Source: a virus
Virus record (IMG/VR): IMGVR_UViG_3300016474_000049
Location: 1-64,000 of that record
Direction: 5' to 3' (one strand)
DNA: 64,000 bases
The notes beneath the pieces were generated by a model. That model was given only the letters and a program-made list of their open reading frames with translations. It did no database searches and was not told the DNA's origin. A program made the position numbers and the translations under genes. Positions 25,028 to 34,922 of this stretch are shown in pieces (the first letter of the stretch is position 1; the number at the start of each line of letters is the position of its first letter).

Positions 25028-26629
25028 TTATTTAGCGCCTGAGTCTTTTATGTACTGAGACCACTGTTCGTCAGAAAACCCCGCCGGTCGTTTATATGAT
25101 TTACCGCCTACCGATACTTCTGTGGGCAAAGGTTTAGCAGGTTGTGATGGTTTAGCTCCGGGAGTGGGGAACCGATCTAACCCGTATTCCTTCATCTTAT
25201 TATCTACTAACTGTTGACGCTGATTCAACAAAGTATCAAGTCGTTTATCCTCTTCAGGAGTCAGCTTCTCTTTTCGCATCAACTTATCAATGTTACTAGA
25301 CACACGATAGTAAGTAGGATCATTCTCTAACGATTTGTTGACTCTATCTTGCGCCGCAGCATACGCACCGCTCAACTGTGTTTGTGCTTGCAGTGTTTGG
25401 TTCTGTAATCCCAAAACCCTTAACTCTTGTGCGATGGCAGCGTTTTGAGCCTGTGCTTGCATCTGACTTATACGCCCTTGCGCTAGCGCCTCGTTAATTT
25501 TGAGTTGCTGCTCTTTAAGTTCGTTAGCCCTAGCTCGCGCCTGCTGTGCTGCTTCAAGTTTATCTCTGTTTCCTAAGTAAGTAGCAGCAGCTTTTTCACC
25601 TTCCAACGTTGTAGAGGCGACATCCTTCTCTCTGCCGTAAGCCAAATTGAGCAACGCTTGTTCTTCGTCTGCTGCTTTCTTAGCAAGGTCTGAACGCCCG
25701 CGTTCTTCCGCAAATTCTGCTTCGGCTCTTTTGCGCTTAGCTTCTGCAAGATACATAGCAGCTTTAGTATCGCGCTCTTCTGCACGACCACGCTCACCAG
25801 CAACACCCTTGGCAAGCCCAGCCATTAACCCAGCCAACCGTACCCCACGAGTCTCTGTAGGTAACCCAGCAGCAATACCTCGCCATAGATCAGCAGGTTT
25901 ACCACGGATAGCGGCAGCGGCTTCTTCATCAAGACCTGCAATACCTTGCTTATATTTATCGTACTGTTCAGCAAGTTCTTTAATACGTCGTTGTTTTATA
26001 CGTTCCCGTGCTTCTTCGCTAAGAATAGAGGTTGATGCAATACCACTTAAAGTAGTACCGGGAGCACGTAAACGCTCCACAATATCCTCATCTTCTAAAT
26101 CTTCTTTTGATTTTTTACGAGATTCCTCGTCGTATTTATAAGATGGACGATCTTCATTAAAGGCACCAAGATCCTGAACTAACCCACGTCGTGCATAACC
26201 TTCAACACCGCCGCCACCGCTAAACACAATACCGCCATCCATAGCGGTGAACATATTAGGATTAACAGGTAGTGCGGCGATTCCTTGTTCTCGCGCAGCA
26301 AGATCTTGCTGCTTTTTGGCAAGCATGGCTCCGGCTAAACCAAGCTGTTGTTCTTTTTGTTGCAGTGCCTGCATAGCTTGCTGCAACTGCATATCTTTTT
26401 GTTGAAACACAGTCGGGCTATTTTCAGGATTGTTCTGCATAGCTTGCTGACGTTGGAAGGCTTGACGCTCTTGGTTGCGAGTTGCCATTTCCTGCTGCGC
26501 CATCATGGGACTAACTTGCCCAGTAGGTTGTTGACCTTTGGCGTATTGCTGTAGCTTTTGGTCAGGAAAGCGCGTGGGGTTTTGCAGCGCAGCTTGAACT
26601 TGCGGAGGGGAAAAAGGAATTTGAGACAT
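25028..26629 (-). CDS. Q-rich coiled-coil virion protein (533 aa), putative internal/ejection protein
   Basis: One-nt gap to the downstream gene. Q-rich N-terminus and long heptad-like A/E/K/R stretches. Confidence 0.75.
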   Translation of the reverse strand: MSQIPFSPPQVQAALQNPTRFPDQKLQQYAKGQQPTGQVSPMMAQQEMATRNQERQAFQRQQAMQNNPENSPTVFQQKDMQLQQAMQALQQKEQQLGLAGAMLAKKQQDLAAREQGIAALPVNPNMFTAMDGGIVFSGGGGVEGYARRGLVQDLGAFNEDRPSYKYDEESRKKSKEDLEDEDIVERLRAPGTTLSGIASTSILSEEARERIKQRRIKELAEQYDKYKQGIAGLDEEAAAAIRGKPADLWRGIAAGLPTETRGVRLAGLMAGLAKGVAGERGRAEERDTKAAMYLAEAKRKRAEAEFAEERGRSDLAKKAADEEQALLNLAYGREKDVASTTLEGEKAAATYLGNRDKLEAAQQARARANELKEQQLKINEALAQGRISQMQAQAQNAAIAQELRVLGLQNQTLQAQTQLSGAYAAAQDRVNKSLENDPTYYRVSSNIDKLMRKEKLTPEEDKRLDTLLNQRQQLVDNKMKEYGLDRFPTPGAKPSQPAKPLPTEVSVGGKSYKRPAGFSDEQWSQYIKDSGAK

Positions 26630-26643
26630 AGTGATACCCCAAA

Positions 26644-28380
26644 TTAGGGTTTATTGATTATTCCAAGCGCAGCAAGTGCAGCCGTAATTGCTTCTGTATT
26701 AGGACTAATCCCCGTAGGTGCAGCTTGTATGGGCAAATTTTGCAGCATGTTCCTCATGAACGTGAGGTTTTCATATGGATACTTTTCACCACGCAGGAAC
26801 TCGTTATAGTCAAATGACCGCTCTGCCGCACCCGTATCGTACTGTTGTTTAAGTCTTGCAAGATCAGCAGCGTTTTGTGCGTAACCAAGATTACCCAAAG
26901 CCGTACCTGCTTGGATAGAAGTCTGTAACCCCCTAAGCCCAAGATCAGCACCAAACTGACGAGACTTCTCACCCAACTCTTGAGCTTTTAGCGCACGTTC
27001 TTGCTCGGTGTTGAACTGCCCCATACCAGAACTATATGCAGCTTGTAGTCCTTTGATGTCGAGGTCCGAGAGTTGTTGTCCTAAGTTGCGTTGACGTTCT
27101 GCTTCAACCAACCCATAGCGTGAACCACCAAAAGCCCCTTGAGATACAGCTTGTGCAGCTTCTCGTTGACCTGCAATATCCGAGGCACGTTGCGCTTCGC
27201 GCTTGGCAATGTTAGTGACGTTTTGCATGTACGGGTCCATGTAGGAAGCCTGCACATTAGTCACATTCTGCCCACCGTATTGCATGGGTTGTAGGTTGCT
27301 CATACCGTAGTTTATGTTGGTATAAGGCGATTGTTGGGAAGAATTAGACCCTACGTTTACGTCACCCCCAGCTTGATATTCAACAGTGCCACCCTCTGCT
27401 TTACCGGGAGGTGGTTGGGTTTGTTGAGTTTGTGCTTGCTGCCCCACAAACGGATTAGCAAATGTTCCCGTAGCGTATTGCGTTGGTTGGTAGTTGCCAT
27501 ACATAAGCGCACCCAAACCAGCGGCTTGAGCGAGGTTAGACCCCGCTGCAAATTGACCAGGGGTTACAAGATTTTTTAAACCAGACGTTGCCTGCGTAAT
27601 AAGCTCAGGGGTTTTTGTATACGCCTGAAAAGGCACATCAGCTTCTGCCGAAGCACGTTGCAGCATAGTCTGAACATAATCAACATAAGGATCGCGCAAA
27701 CCTGAGTTTTCACCAGTAACAGCAACACCCTTACCCACGCGATCTCCACGCATGGTTGTGTCACCTGTATCTACGGTTTTCTTAGCAGCAAGATCTTGAG
27801 CTTCTTTGGACTTACCAAACTCTTCGCGGATTTTTTCTAGCCCTGCACCTGTTTCATCCCAATACTTAAGCCCAGCCTCATCAGCTTCACGACCCAATAC
27901 GTCCTTATACAACTGCTTAATTTGATCAGCAGAAGCATCTTTGCCGATAGCCTCGTTGTAGTAACGTTTTTCTTCAGGGCTCAAGTACCCACTTTGATCT
28001 TTGTCAAAGCTAGAAAGAAACTCTCTGTCTTTTGCAGAAGCAAAGTCTTTAGTGCCGGGGATAAACTCTTGCCCTGTAGCTTCAGCAAACTTACGTCGTT
28101 CGCTAGGGCTGAGATACTTATCTTTATTAACATCAAACGACTCATAAAAGGCACGGTCTTCGGGTTTACCAAACTGCAAACCTTCAAGCTTTTGTACCCC
28201 AACATCGGCAGCTTCTGCGCTACCAGCCATACCAGCAATAATGTCGCTAATATTTGCGCCTTGGTCTAGCAACCCTGCAAAATATGCAAGACCACCCTCA
28301 TCAGGTTCACGGCCAAAGAATTCGGCATAGAGCGCACGGATTGCTTCTTCGGATTCTGGGGAGTAGGTTTTATCAGCCAT
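26644..28380 (-). CDS. virion protein with two DUF4214-like repeats and an EF-hand-like pair (578 aa)
   Basis: LYAEFFGREPDEGGLAYFAGLL and LYKDVLGREADEAGLKYWDE (DUF4214 pattern). DVNKDKYLSPSE and DKDQSGYLSPEE fit the 12-residue EF-hand loop. Confidence 0.8.
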   Translation of the reverse strand: MADKTYSPESEEAIRALYAEFFGREPDEGGLAYFAGLLDQGANISDIIAGMAGSAEAADVGVQKLEGLQFGKPEDRAFYESFDVNKDKYLSPSERRKFAEATGQEFIPGTKDFASAKDREFLSSFDKDQSGYLSPEEKRYYNEAIGKDASADQIKQLYKDVLGREADEAGLKYWDETGAGLEKIREEFGKSKEAQDLAAKKTVDTGDTTMRGDRVGKGVAVTGENSGLRDPYVDYVQTMLQRASAEADVPFQAYTKTPELITQATSGLKNLVTPGQFAAGSNLAQAAGLGALMYGNYQPTQYATGTFANPFVGQQAQTQQTQPPPGKAEGGTVEYQAGGDVNVGSNSSQQSPYTNINYGMSNLQPMQYGGQNVTNVQASYMDPYMQNVTNIAKREAQRASDIAGQREAAQAVSQGAFGGSRYGLVEAERQRNLGQQLSDLDIKGLQAAYSSGMGQFNTEQERALKAQELGEKSRQFGADLGLRGLQTSIQAGTALGNLGYAQNAADLARLKQQYDTGAAERSFDYNEFLRGEKYPYENLTFMRNMLQNLPIQAAPTGISPNTEAITAALAALGIINKP

Positions 28381-28382
28381 AA

Positions 28383-29864
28383 TTACCTCGGAAGAAATCT
28401 GTCAGGGTTGATCTGTTTACCCTGTTTGGGGTTACCGGTACGCGCAGAGCGAATACGATCCATCATTTCATAAAGACGCTTAGCACCAGCGTTAGAGTTG
28501 CCGTTTCCTAAATGACTGACAACATCTGCTGGGATCACGAATTCACCATCTGAAAGCGCAGCGGGACGTTTGCGGTCAATATGTGCCGGAACATTGTCTG
28601 CCATGCCATCAGTATGTCCGTCAAGGTATCGCGGAGGTAAGCTGGTTTTACCACCTTCAGCCAAAGAAGCCAAGCCCCCGGCAGCTCTCATTTGCGTAAC
28701 ATCTTCCCCCATCTTGGGGGCTTGCAACGAAATCAACCCAGTATAATTCGACCCAAGTTCTTCCTCATCGGAGGGTTTAACTACAGAACGAATATCCCCT
28801 GCAAGATTACTAAGGTTACCTACAAGATCTGGGTTAGTACGAATCTCGGCAATACTTTGCGCGACATCCATCAAATCATCGTATGGCAATCCAAGATTTC
28901 CTAAGTCTTTAATTACGGATTTTAAATTCCCAAGACTTTCTGTATTTATGCGCCCTGGAACGTCAGAAAGTGAATTAACTGTCGTATCAAATGTTGATGG
29001 ATCATACGCACGAACGTTACGTAATGTTTGGATAGGATCAATGTCGCCTGTTATCTGATCAATAGATACGTTCTGAGCAAGAAATTTATTTTTAATAGCG
29101 TCTTCTTGCTGGCTTAATTGGTTTGACAACATAGCCAATTCAGGAGTTTTTTGAGCTACTGCCCTTAAATCAAGTTTATCCAACATCTCTTGCATGCGTG
29201 GATCCGCAAACCCTGACCCCAGCCCCGTACCACTTACATCACTAAAACTAGGGGTGTAGTCCAACGGATTAGTAACCCCACCTTCAGCCAATCCCATCAA
29301 ACCGCCTTGCGCTGCGTATTTAGTACCTTTATACGCGGTACGTGTAGCGGTTACGGGTGCACTGGCTTTAAACGATGCACCCCTAGCTTCTTTCCTTGCT
29401 TTTTCAGCATCATCGCGGGCAAGTTTTGCAATACCTAATGCCGTAGCGTATTTCGCCATATCACCAAGCGTGTCTTCTTTAACGCCCAGTGCATCAGCAA
29501 TTTGTTTTTTTAGTGCGGCAAGTCCGGTGGGATCTGCGCTTTGTGTAAGTACGCCTGTGTCACCTTGTGGCCCTATATTAGCAACTGCGTTTTGCCCCGA
29601 CTGCGTTAGCGATTGCTGCCTAAGCAGCTTTTTCATTTCTGGATCTTCTAAAAGAGCAGCGGCTTCTGGATCAAACGCTTTAAATTGTTCAAATAATTGG
29701 GGATCAGCTAATAATGTTTCCGCCCCAAGCATTGACAAATTACCAGAGGCATCAAACATCCCAGACCCTACTGGGTCATTAAATAAATCAAAATCACTAA
29801 AACTAAAATCAACCGACCCGACAGGGGGATTGTCTAAATTAAACTGAATATCTTCCGCACTCAT
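28383..29864 (-). CDS. putative internal virion protein (493 aa)
   Basis: ATG at 29864 is preceded by GGGAGG and lies 1 nt after the upstream stop (the track start at 29897 is less likely). Confidence 0.75.
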   Translation of the reverse strand: MSAEDIQFNLDNPPVGSVDFSFSDFDLFNDPVGSGMFDASGNLSMLGAETLLADPQLFEQFKAFDPEAAALLEDPEMKKLLRQQSLTQSGQNAVANIGPQGDTGVLTQSADPTGLAALKKQIADALGVKEDTLGDMAKYATALGIAKLARDDAEKARKEARGASFKASAPVTATRTAYKGTKYAAQGGLMGLAEGGVTNPLDYTPSFSDVSGTGLGSGFADPRMQEMLDKLDLRAVAQKTPELAMLSNQLSQQEDAIKNKFLAQNVSIDQITGDIDPIQTLRNVRAYDPSTFDTTVNSLSDVPGRINTESLGNLKSVIKDLGNLGLPYDDLMDVAQSIAEIRTNPDLVGNLSNLAGDIRSVVKPSDEEELGSNYTGLISLQAPKMGEDVTQMRAAGGLASLAEGGKTSLPPRYLDGHTDGMADNVPAHIDRKRPAALSDGEFVIPADVVSHLGNGNSNAGAKRLYEMMDRIRSARTGNPKQGKQINPDRFLPR

Positions 29865-29865
29865 C

Positions 29866-30927
29866 TCAACCTCCCGGCGGTTTGCGCCGCGCCGCAATCA
29901 TCGGCATTGCAAAATTAGTAAACTTCGTGAAAGCAGCTTGCTGCTTAGGATCAAGCCCCGACAATTCCCCAGCTTTATTTAGACCGTAATTCATCGCTGC
30001 GTTTTGCAGTGCAGCAGTGGGATCAAACTTCTGGCCTGTCAATAAAGATGTAATGCCAGATGTAGCAATTGATTTAGCGGGAGTAGCTAGGTCGCCAAGA
30101 CCTTTAAATAAGTCGGGCGCAAATGCATTCATCCCCGCACTAGCACCGCCGGATATTGCACCGCGTTTAAAACCTTGCCCAAAATTACCACCCATAGCTT
30201 TGGACAGACCACCCTGCACCACGCCAGAAACAAGTGCATTAGCACCGACATTAGCAAGTGATTGAGGCACAAGTGATGCAAGCCCAGAAGCTATGCCAGA
30301 AGTAGCGCCACCCAACAACCCGCCGATACCACCAAAAGGCAGTGTGAGAATTGACCCAATTTTTAAGGCATTAGCTACATTTGACGCATCAGGATGCTCG
30401 CCTTTATAGTATGTCGGGTCACCTACTGGAACAAGTTTGTCACCCTTGGGGATGTAGGCTTGCGCCATGCGCTCACGTTCTTTACCACCTGTCTTGCCCC
30501 CCATATACAGCACGACATTGCCTGAATTAATTTCTTCAGGTGTGAGGGAGTTAACATCAACTTCGACAGGGTTGCCTTTATCGTCCTTCTTATAGGCTTT
30601 GGTAAATGTAGATTTATGGCCGAGCTGTTCACTAAATTTTTCGCTCAATATGTCGCCAGCGGTTTTTGCTGCTTCTTGTTCTTGTGGAGCTTCTTCCCCA
30701 CCACCTTGAGAAACTTGAACAGTTTTTTTACCAAAATCCTTCAACCCAGCAAACGGATTCGTCAGCGCCTCACCAGCAGTCCAGCCTGTTTCCGAGGCAG
30801 CACCCTTTGGGGTTGCGCCATATTGTTTAGCGCGTTGGGCAAGGTAATTATCAAGCCCCTGCTGTTGCTGAAAGCTTTGCAGTTTGGCAAGTGCGGCTTG
30901 CTGGGCGGGTGTGAGGGTGGTAGCCAC
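29866..30927 (-). CDS. putative internal virion/ejection protein with Gly-rich hydrophobic C-terminal half (353 aa)
   Basis: Long GxxxG-like stretches (LTLPFGGIGGLLGGATSGIASGLASL...). Position in the ejection-protein block. Confidence 0.7.
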   Translation of the reverse strand: MATTLTPAQQAALAKLQSFQQQQGLDNYLAQRAKQYGATPKGAASETGWTAGEALTNPFAGLKDFGKKTVQVSQGGGEEAPQEQEAAKTAGDILSEKFSEQLGHKSTFTKAYKKDDKGNPVEVDVNSLTPEEINSGNVVLYMGGKTGGKERERMAQAYIPKGDKLVPVGDPTYYKGEHPDASNVANALKIGSILTLPFGGIGGLLGGATSGIASGLASLVPQSLANVGANALVSGVVQGGLSKAMGGNFGQGFKRGAISGGASAGMNAFAPDLFKGLGDLATPAKSIATSGITSLLTGQKFDPTAALQNAAMNYGLNKAGELSGLDPKQQAAFTKFTNFAMPMIAARRKPPGG

Positions 30928-30930
30928 TAT

Positions 30931-31572
30931 TTACGTCGCCATTGAAGATACGAATGTAGCAGTTAGGATAACTGAAGGTATAGCGGGACGGGTAGGGGTA
31001 GTTGGAGCTGCGTAATATTCAATATAAGCACCGACATCTGAGGTACGCCAATATAACTGCACGTAATCACCCCCGTTAAATGCTTCTACAAGATTAACCG
31101 TGCCAATAAGATGAAACGGATCACCCACTGATTTTCGCGCTGCTAACCCAAACCTACTGTTGGAATTGGCTATATCTGCACCGTTTTTACGAAACCAAAT
31201 GTCTATATCTTGCGGTGCGTTTGTACTGTTACTAAGCTGAATACTGAATTGGATATTGTAATACCCTGAGTACGCCATTGTCACTTGTGAACTACTAACT
31301 ACAGACACCCCATTACTTGCAGTTGTCGTATTGAGCGTAATTGCGTACGCAGTCGTGGTATTTGCAGCAATCTGATCTTGCGTACTTATAAAAGCGCCAA
31401 ACGGGTTATTAATGTACTGCCCACCATCAGGACCGAGCACACTTTGAAAGGTTCCGCTGATACGGTTGAAATATAGACGAAAGACGTTATTAAGCCCTTC
31501 CTGATACCGACTATCAAATTGCAGTGGTGAAAGCGGAAGATTCGGGGGTGATGGAAAATTAATTAAACTCAT
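30931..31572 (-). CDS. tail/receptor-binding-like protein with possible C1q/TNF-like jelly-roll C-terminus (213 aa)
   Basis: C-terminal pattern YSGYYNIQFSIQL...WFRKNGADIANS...GDYVQLYW resembles BclA/C1q-type domains. The fold assignment is tentative. Confidence 0.6.
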   Translation of the reverse strand: MSLINFPSPPNLPLSPLQFDSRYQEGLNNVFRLYFNRISGTFQSVLGPDGGQYINNPFGAFISTQDQIAANTTTAYAITLNTTTASNGVSVVSSSQVTMAYSGYYNIQFSIQLSNSTNAPQDIDIWFRKNGADIANSNSRFGLAARKSVGDPFHLIGTVNLVEAFNGGDYVQLYWRTSDVGAYIEYYAAPTTPTRPAIPSVILTATFVSSMAT

Positions 31573-33170
31573 GCCGAAGACCCCCGGCCTGTAGCTCGCC
31601 CATCCTGTTTCATATCAAGTCGTGGTGCACCAAGCTGCCATGTGGTCCCAATCTTATTGGAACGAACTTTTATGTACGCCTGACGCGCACGGAATCGTGT
31701 GTAGATCTGTGAAGTAAATTCATCCACTGGATAATCAGCAGCGGACACGGTATCAGCAGCGGGGGTACCCGCAGGAGAACCAGAACTTTTCTTGGGGTAA
31801 ATACTAAACGTAACTTCAGGGTCCGAACCGTCTGTTGAACCAGAAAATGTTAAATCTGGCACTGTACGGTAGACGTACATAAAGTGATCGCCATCATCGA
31901 TGTCAAATTCAGCCGATTCAATATAAGCATCAATAGCAGTAACAGTATCACCCGCGTTATCGTCCACTCCATACTCTTGATTCAGAATACGGTTGTTGTA
32001 GTCCGCTGACTGTGGGTAATCACGAAGCCCTGAATCTAACCAAGCTGTTCGTGCCATCGTGCCGTAGTACCAGACTTTTTCAAGGTAGTTGAACACAACA
32101 TAACGATCTACCGTCGTGCTATCCGCAGAGCAATAAAACCACCAGACTTCATTAAAGCCTTCGTTGGTACCTGCAAAAACCTGCAAACTTTGTACAAGGC
32201 TTATGTCACTAAATACATACCGCCTCAAATCGCAAGGTAGTGTTTGCACCCGACCGTCGTAGGCATAAAACTTGTCAACACCCATCCAATACACCACACC
32301 CGAAGCCACAATAATTGAATTTGGACTCATGATGGAGATGTTGTCGCCCAGTAGCTGAGCGCCCCACACAAGGGGTGGGCCTAAATATTGGATAGAGTAC
32401 GCAGCGGAATCGGTAAGTGTGAATATCTCCTGTCGTGACTGCACCGCAGTAACAATTTCGGAGCCGTGTGATAAGCGTAAGCTACCTGCTTGGTTAGTAA
32501 TAGCAGGGGTCCAATCCGTCAAACTTTCTTGATCCGCCCAACGGATAAGCATGGGGTCTAAATAACTAATTCCACCAGCAACATCATCACAACCAAACAC
32601 AAGTAAAAAGCGTGAGATGTCCGATACGTAAACGTAGTTACCCTGCGTTGGTGCGTTTGAAGATCCTGATAAAGATGTGATGTTAACGGCAGGTGAACCA
32701 AACCCTACGCTGTAGTCCCAATAATAAACAGCGCCACCACGGGGGTTAATAATAAGATCCTCCCCCCAATTCATTGAACTCCAAACACGTAAATTAATGT
32801 AGGAGCCGTTACTGAACCCCCATGTGCCTGTGTTCCAAGGACCGGTACCCCAACCGTTTGCAGCAGTGGTAACCGCTGCGCCTGCCGCTAAACCAGCAGG
32901 TGTGATGTCATATAAGGCACCATTATTCTCAACATAATATTTAGTGTTTGTACCTATACCTAATAAGTTAGCCCCGCCGTTGGTTACCCAATTCCACAGG
33001 TTACGACAAACACCATTAAATTGATTGGCAGAATACCGCGCCCAGCCACCAATCTTCTCTGGCGTACCCTGACGGAAACGTACCTTATCGGACACATACC
33101 AACCGCCTTCGTTGGTGTATCTTGTGTTTTCCCTATTGACACCACTTTTAAAAAGAAGTTTGCGTAACAT
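31569..33170 (-). CDS. tail structural protein (533 aa), possible nozzle/tubular-type
   Basis: ATGA overlap with the downstream gene. Beta-rich, W/Y-rich sequence. The assignment is positional. Confidence 0.7.
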   Translation of the reverse strand: MLRKLLFKSGVNRENTRYTNEGGWYVSDKVRFRQGTPEKIGGWARYSANQFNGVCRNLWNWVTNGGANLLGIGTNTKYYVENNGALYDITPAGLAAGAAVTTAANGWGTGPWNTGTWGFSNGSYINLRVWSSMNWGEDLIINPRGGAVYYWDYSVGFGSPAVNITSLSGSSNAPTQGNYVYVSDISRFLLVFGCDDVAGGISYLDPMLIRWADQESLTDWTPAITNQAGSLRLSHGSEIVTAVQSRQEIFTLTDSAAYSIQYLGPPLVWGAQLLGDNISIMSPNSIIVASGVVYWMGVDKFYAYDGRVQTLPCDLRRYVFSDISLVQSLQVFAGTNEGFNEVWWFYCSADSTTVDRYVVFNYLEKVWYYGTMARTAWLDSGLRDYPQSADYNNRILNQEYGVDDNAGDTVTAIDAYIESAEFDIDDGDHFMYVYRTVPDLTFSGSTDGSDPEVTFSIYPKKSSGSPAGTPAADTVSAADYPVDEFTSQIYTRFRARQAYIKVRSNKIGTTWQLGAPRLDMKQDGRATGRGSSA

Positions 33171-33206
33171 TATGCTATACTCCTGACTTCACACCGGGAG
33201 AATACA

Positions 33207-33932
33207 ATGTTTGTTTATATTTGGAAAGACGCAGCAGGTATTCCTTTTTACGTTGGTATGGGAAGTACGATTAGCCGAGCTAATCCAAAATCTAAACATC
33301 ATAGAAATAAAGCATGTCTTGCAAAATTGTCTGAAATCGGTGCGGATGCTGTTATTGTTGAGATCAGGCAGGCTTTCGATGAAGAAACGGCAAAAGCCTT
33401 GGAGCAACAGTTGATTTCTCAATATGGTCGCATACAGGACGGCGGCACGTTGACTAATATTTCTCGTGGTGGAGAGTTTCATAAAACCGCCGAAAAAACA
33501 AAACGACTTATAAAAGACCTTCGGACTACCGAAGCATACAGAGAAGCATCCATAAAGCCAAGAATAGGAAAAAAACGCAATCTCCCTGAATCTACAAAAA
33601 AACTTTTACGAAAAAATTTTGAAGTTAATAAAGCGATGAAATCTTGGGGGGAACGCAATGGCAAAGATCCTGAGTTTGATGCAAAACGTATTGCAGGTAT
33701 CCGCGCCGCCCAAGATAAACGTCGTGAAAAAATGTCTAATCCAATTGCTTTGGCCCAACGTAAGGAACGCTTAAAAGCTACGATGGCTTCTCCTGAGTAT
33801 GCTGCTAAACGTGCTGCTTTTGATACGCCTGAATACCGAGCTAAATTATCTGCGGCTAAGAAAGCGTACTGGGATAAGCGTAAAGGCATATTTACCTCAT
33901 CAACGCCGCTTCAGCCGCACGTCGGCGGGTGA
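33207..33932 (+). CDS. GIY-YIG homing-endonuclease-like protein
   Basis: GGGAG RBS, ATG at 33207. FVYIWKDAAGIPFYVGMG (GIY-YIG), then conserved-type R, ALEQQLI (Glu) and LTN (Asn). Basic C-terminus with three PE(Y/F)xAK repeats. Opposite strand to the whole late operon. Confidence 0.75.
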   Translation: MFVYIWKDAAGIPFYVGMGSTISRANPKSKHHRNKACLAKLSEIGADAVIVEIRQAFDEETAKALEQQLISQYGRIQDGGTLTNISRGGEFHKTAEKTKRLIKDLRTTEAYREASIKPRIGKKRNLPESTKKLLRKNFEVNKAMKSWGERNGKDPEFDAKRIAGIRAAQDKRREKMSNPIALAQRKERLKATMASPEYAAKRAAFDTPEYRAKLSAAKKAYWDKRKGIFTSSTPLQPHVGG

Positions 33933-34359
33933 GTCCGGGGAGAACACGACCGGCAGCTTTATTCCACAACATACATTGATCGGCTGCACCATCCCAGTCC
34001 CCCGCATCAATACGCTTTTTGAAAGTGGAAACACGGTAGTTCCCTAGGCCACAATTGTAGACCCAGCTTGTCACAGCGGCAATGCGTCTGGGCAAAGCCT
34101 TCTGAATACTTGGCGACATCTTTACCAGACCACGAACAAAATACTCCACATGGTGATCCAGCGCATCCTCGCACTGCTCCATCGTCCAAATCGTATCGGG
34201 GTTGATGTCTGGTCCGGTGGCTCCCCAACCAATCGTCCAAGGATGTCCTCTGGTACCGGGATCGGGATAGGCTTTAACTCGTCCATCAGGCAAACGCTTT
34301 GCTAGCCCCTCAAAAGGCTTAATGAGTACATCTTTGCAAAGCTTTTTAGCCTCATTCAT
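33892..34359 (-). CDS. endolysin, GH24 (T4/P22-type) lysozyme
   Basis: FEGLAKRLPDGRVKAYPDPG...WTIGWG fits the Glu-Asp-Thr catalytic arrangement. Size 155 aa. Confidence 0.85.
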   Translation of the reverse strand: MNEAKKLCKDVLIKPFEGLAKRLPDGRVKAYPDPGTRGHPWTIGWGATGPDINPDTIWTMEQCEDALDHHVEYFVRGLVKMSPSIQKALPRRIAAVTSWVYNCGLGNYRVSTFKKRIDAGDWDGAADQCMLWNKAAGRVLPGLTRRRAAEAALMR

Positions 34360-34922
34360 GTCTCAAACCGATTACGTTTTGAACAATTTTCGGATGCCGG
34401 TATTACTTGCAGATTGATTGGCACATGAAGCCCGCAGACGTTTTTACCTTTTAACGGAATGATGTGATCAACGTGCCACACAAACCCAAACACCCGTGTT
34501 CGCAATTTTGCTAAGTCGTATGCTTCTTCAAAAAGCCAGTGATCATCTTCGGTTAGCCAAGATGGAGTGGCATTAAATTTTTGGGCATGACGTTTCATGC
34601 AGTTGGCGTTAACCTTAGCCGCGTTTTGTTTTTTCCACTCGGCTACACGTTGTTTTACTTCCGTCTTGTTTTTTTGGTAGTTTGCGGCCATGTCAGCCGC
34701 GTGTTTTTCCTTGTTTGCCAAATAATAAAGACGTTTCTTTTCCAGTTTTATACGGCGTTGCTCGGCTTTCCTTTGCTCAATAACCTCTGGAGGCTCCACA
34801 GGTTTACGCCGTGATTCATTTATGCACGGCTGGCACCACCCTTGATAGCCATCTTTATTGGCCTTACAGAGTGAAAAGCTATCAAACGGTTTTGTTTCTT
34901 TGCAGCGGCTACACTTTTTCAT
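34356..34922 (-). CDS. HNH endonuclease (paralog A)
   Basis: WHVDHIIPLKGKNVCGLHVPINLQVIPASENCSKRN, and N-terminal Cys pairs CSRCKE...CQPCINE. Confidence 0.85.
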   Translation of the reverse strand: MKKCSRCKETKPFDSFSLCKANKDGYQGWCQPCINESRRKPVEPPEVIEQRKAEQRRIKLEKKRLYYLANKEKHAADMAANYQKNKTEVKQRVAEWKKQNAAKVNANCMKRHAQKFNATPSWLTEDDHWLFEEAYDLAKLRTRVFGFVWHVDHIIPLKGKNVCGLHVPINLQVIPASENCSKRNRFET

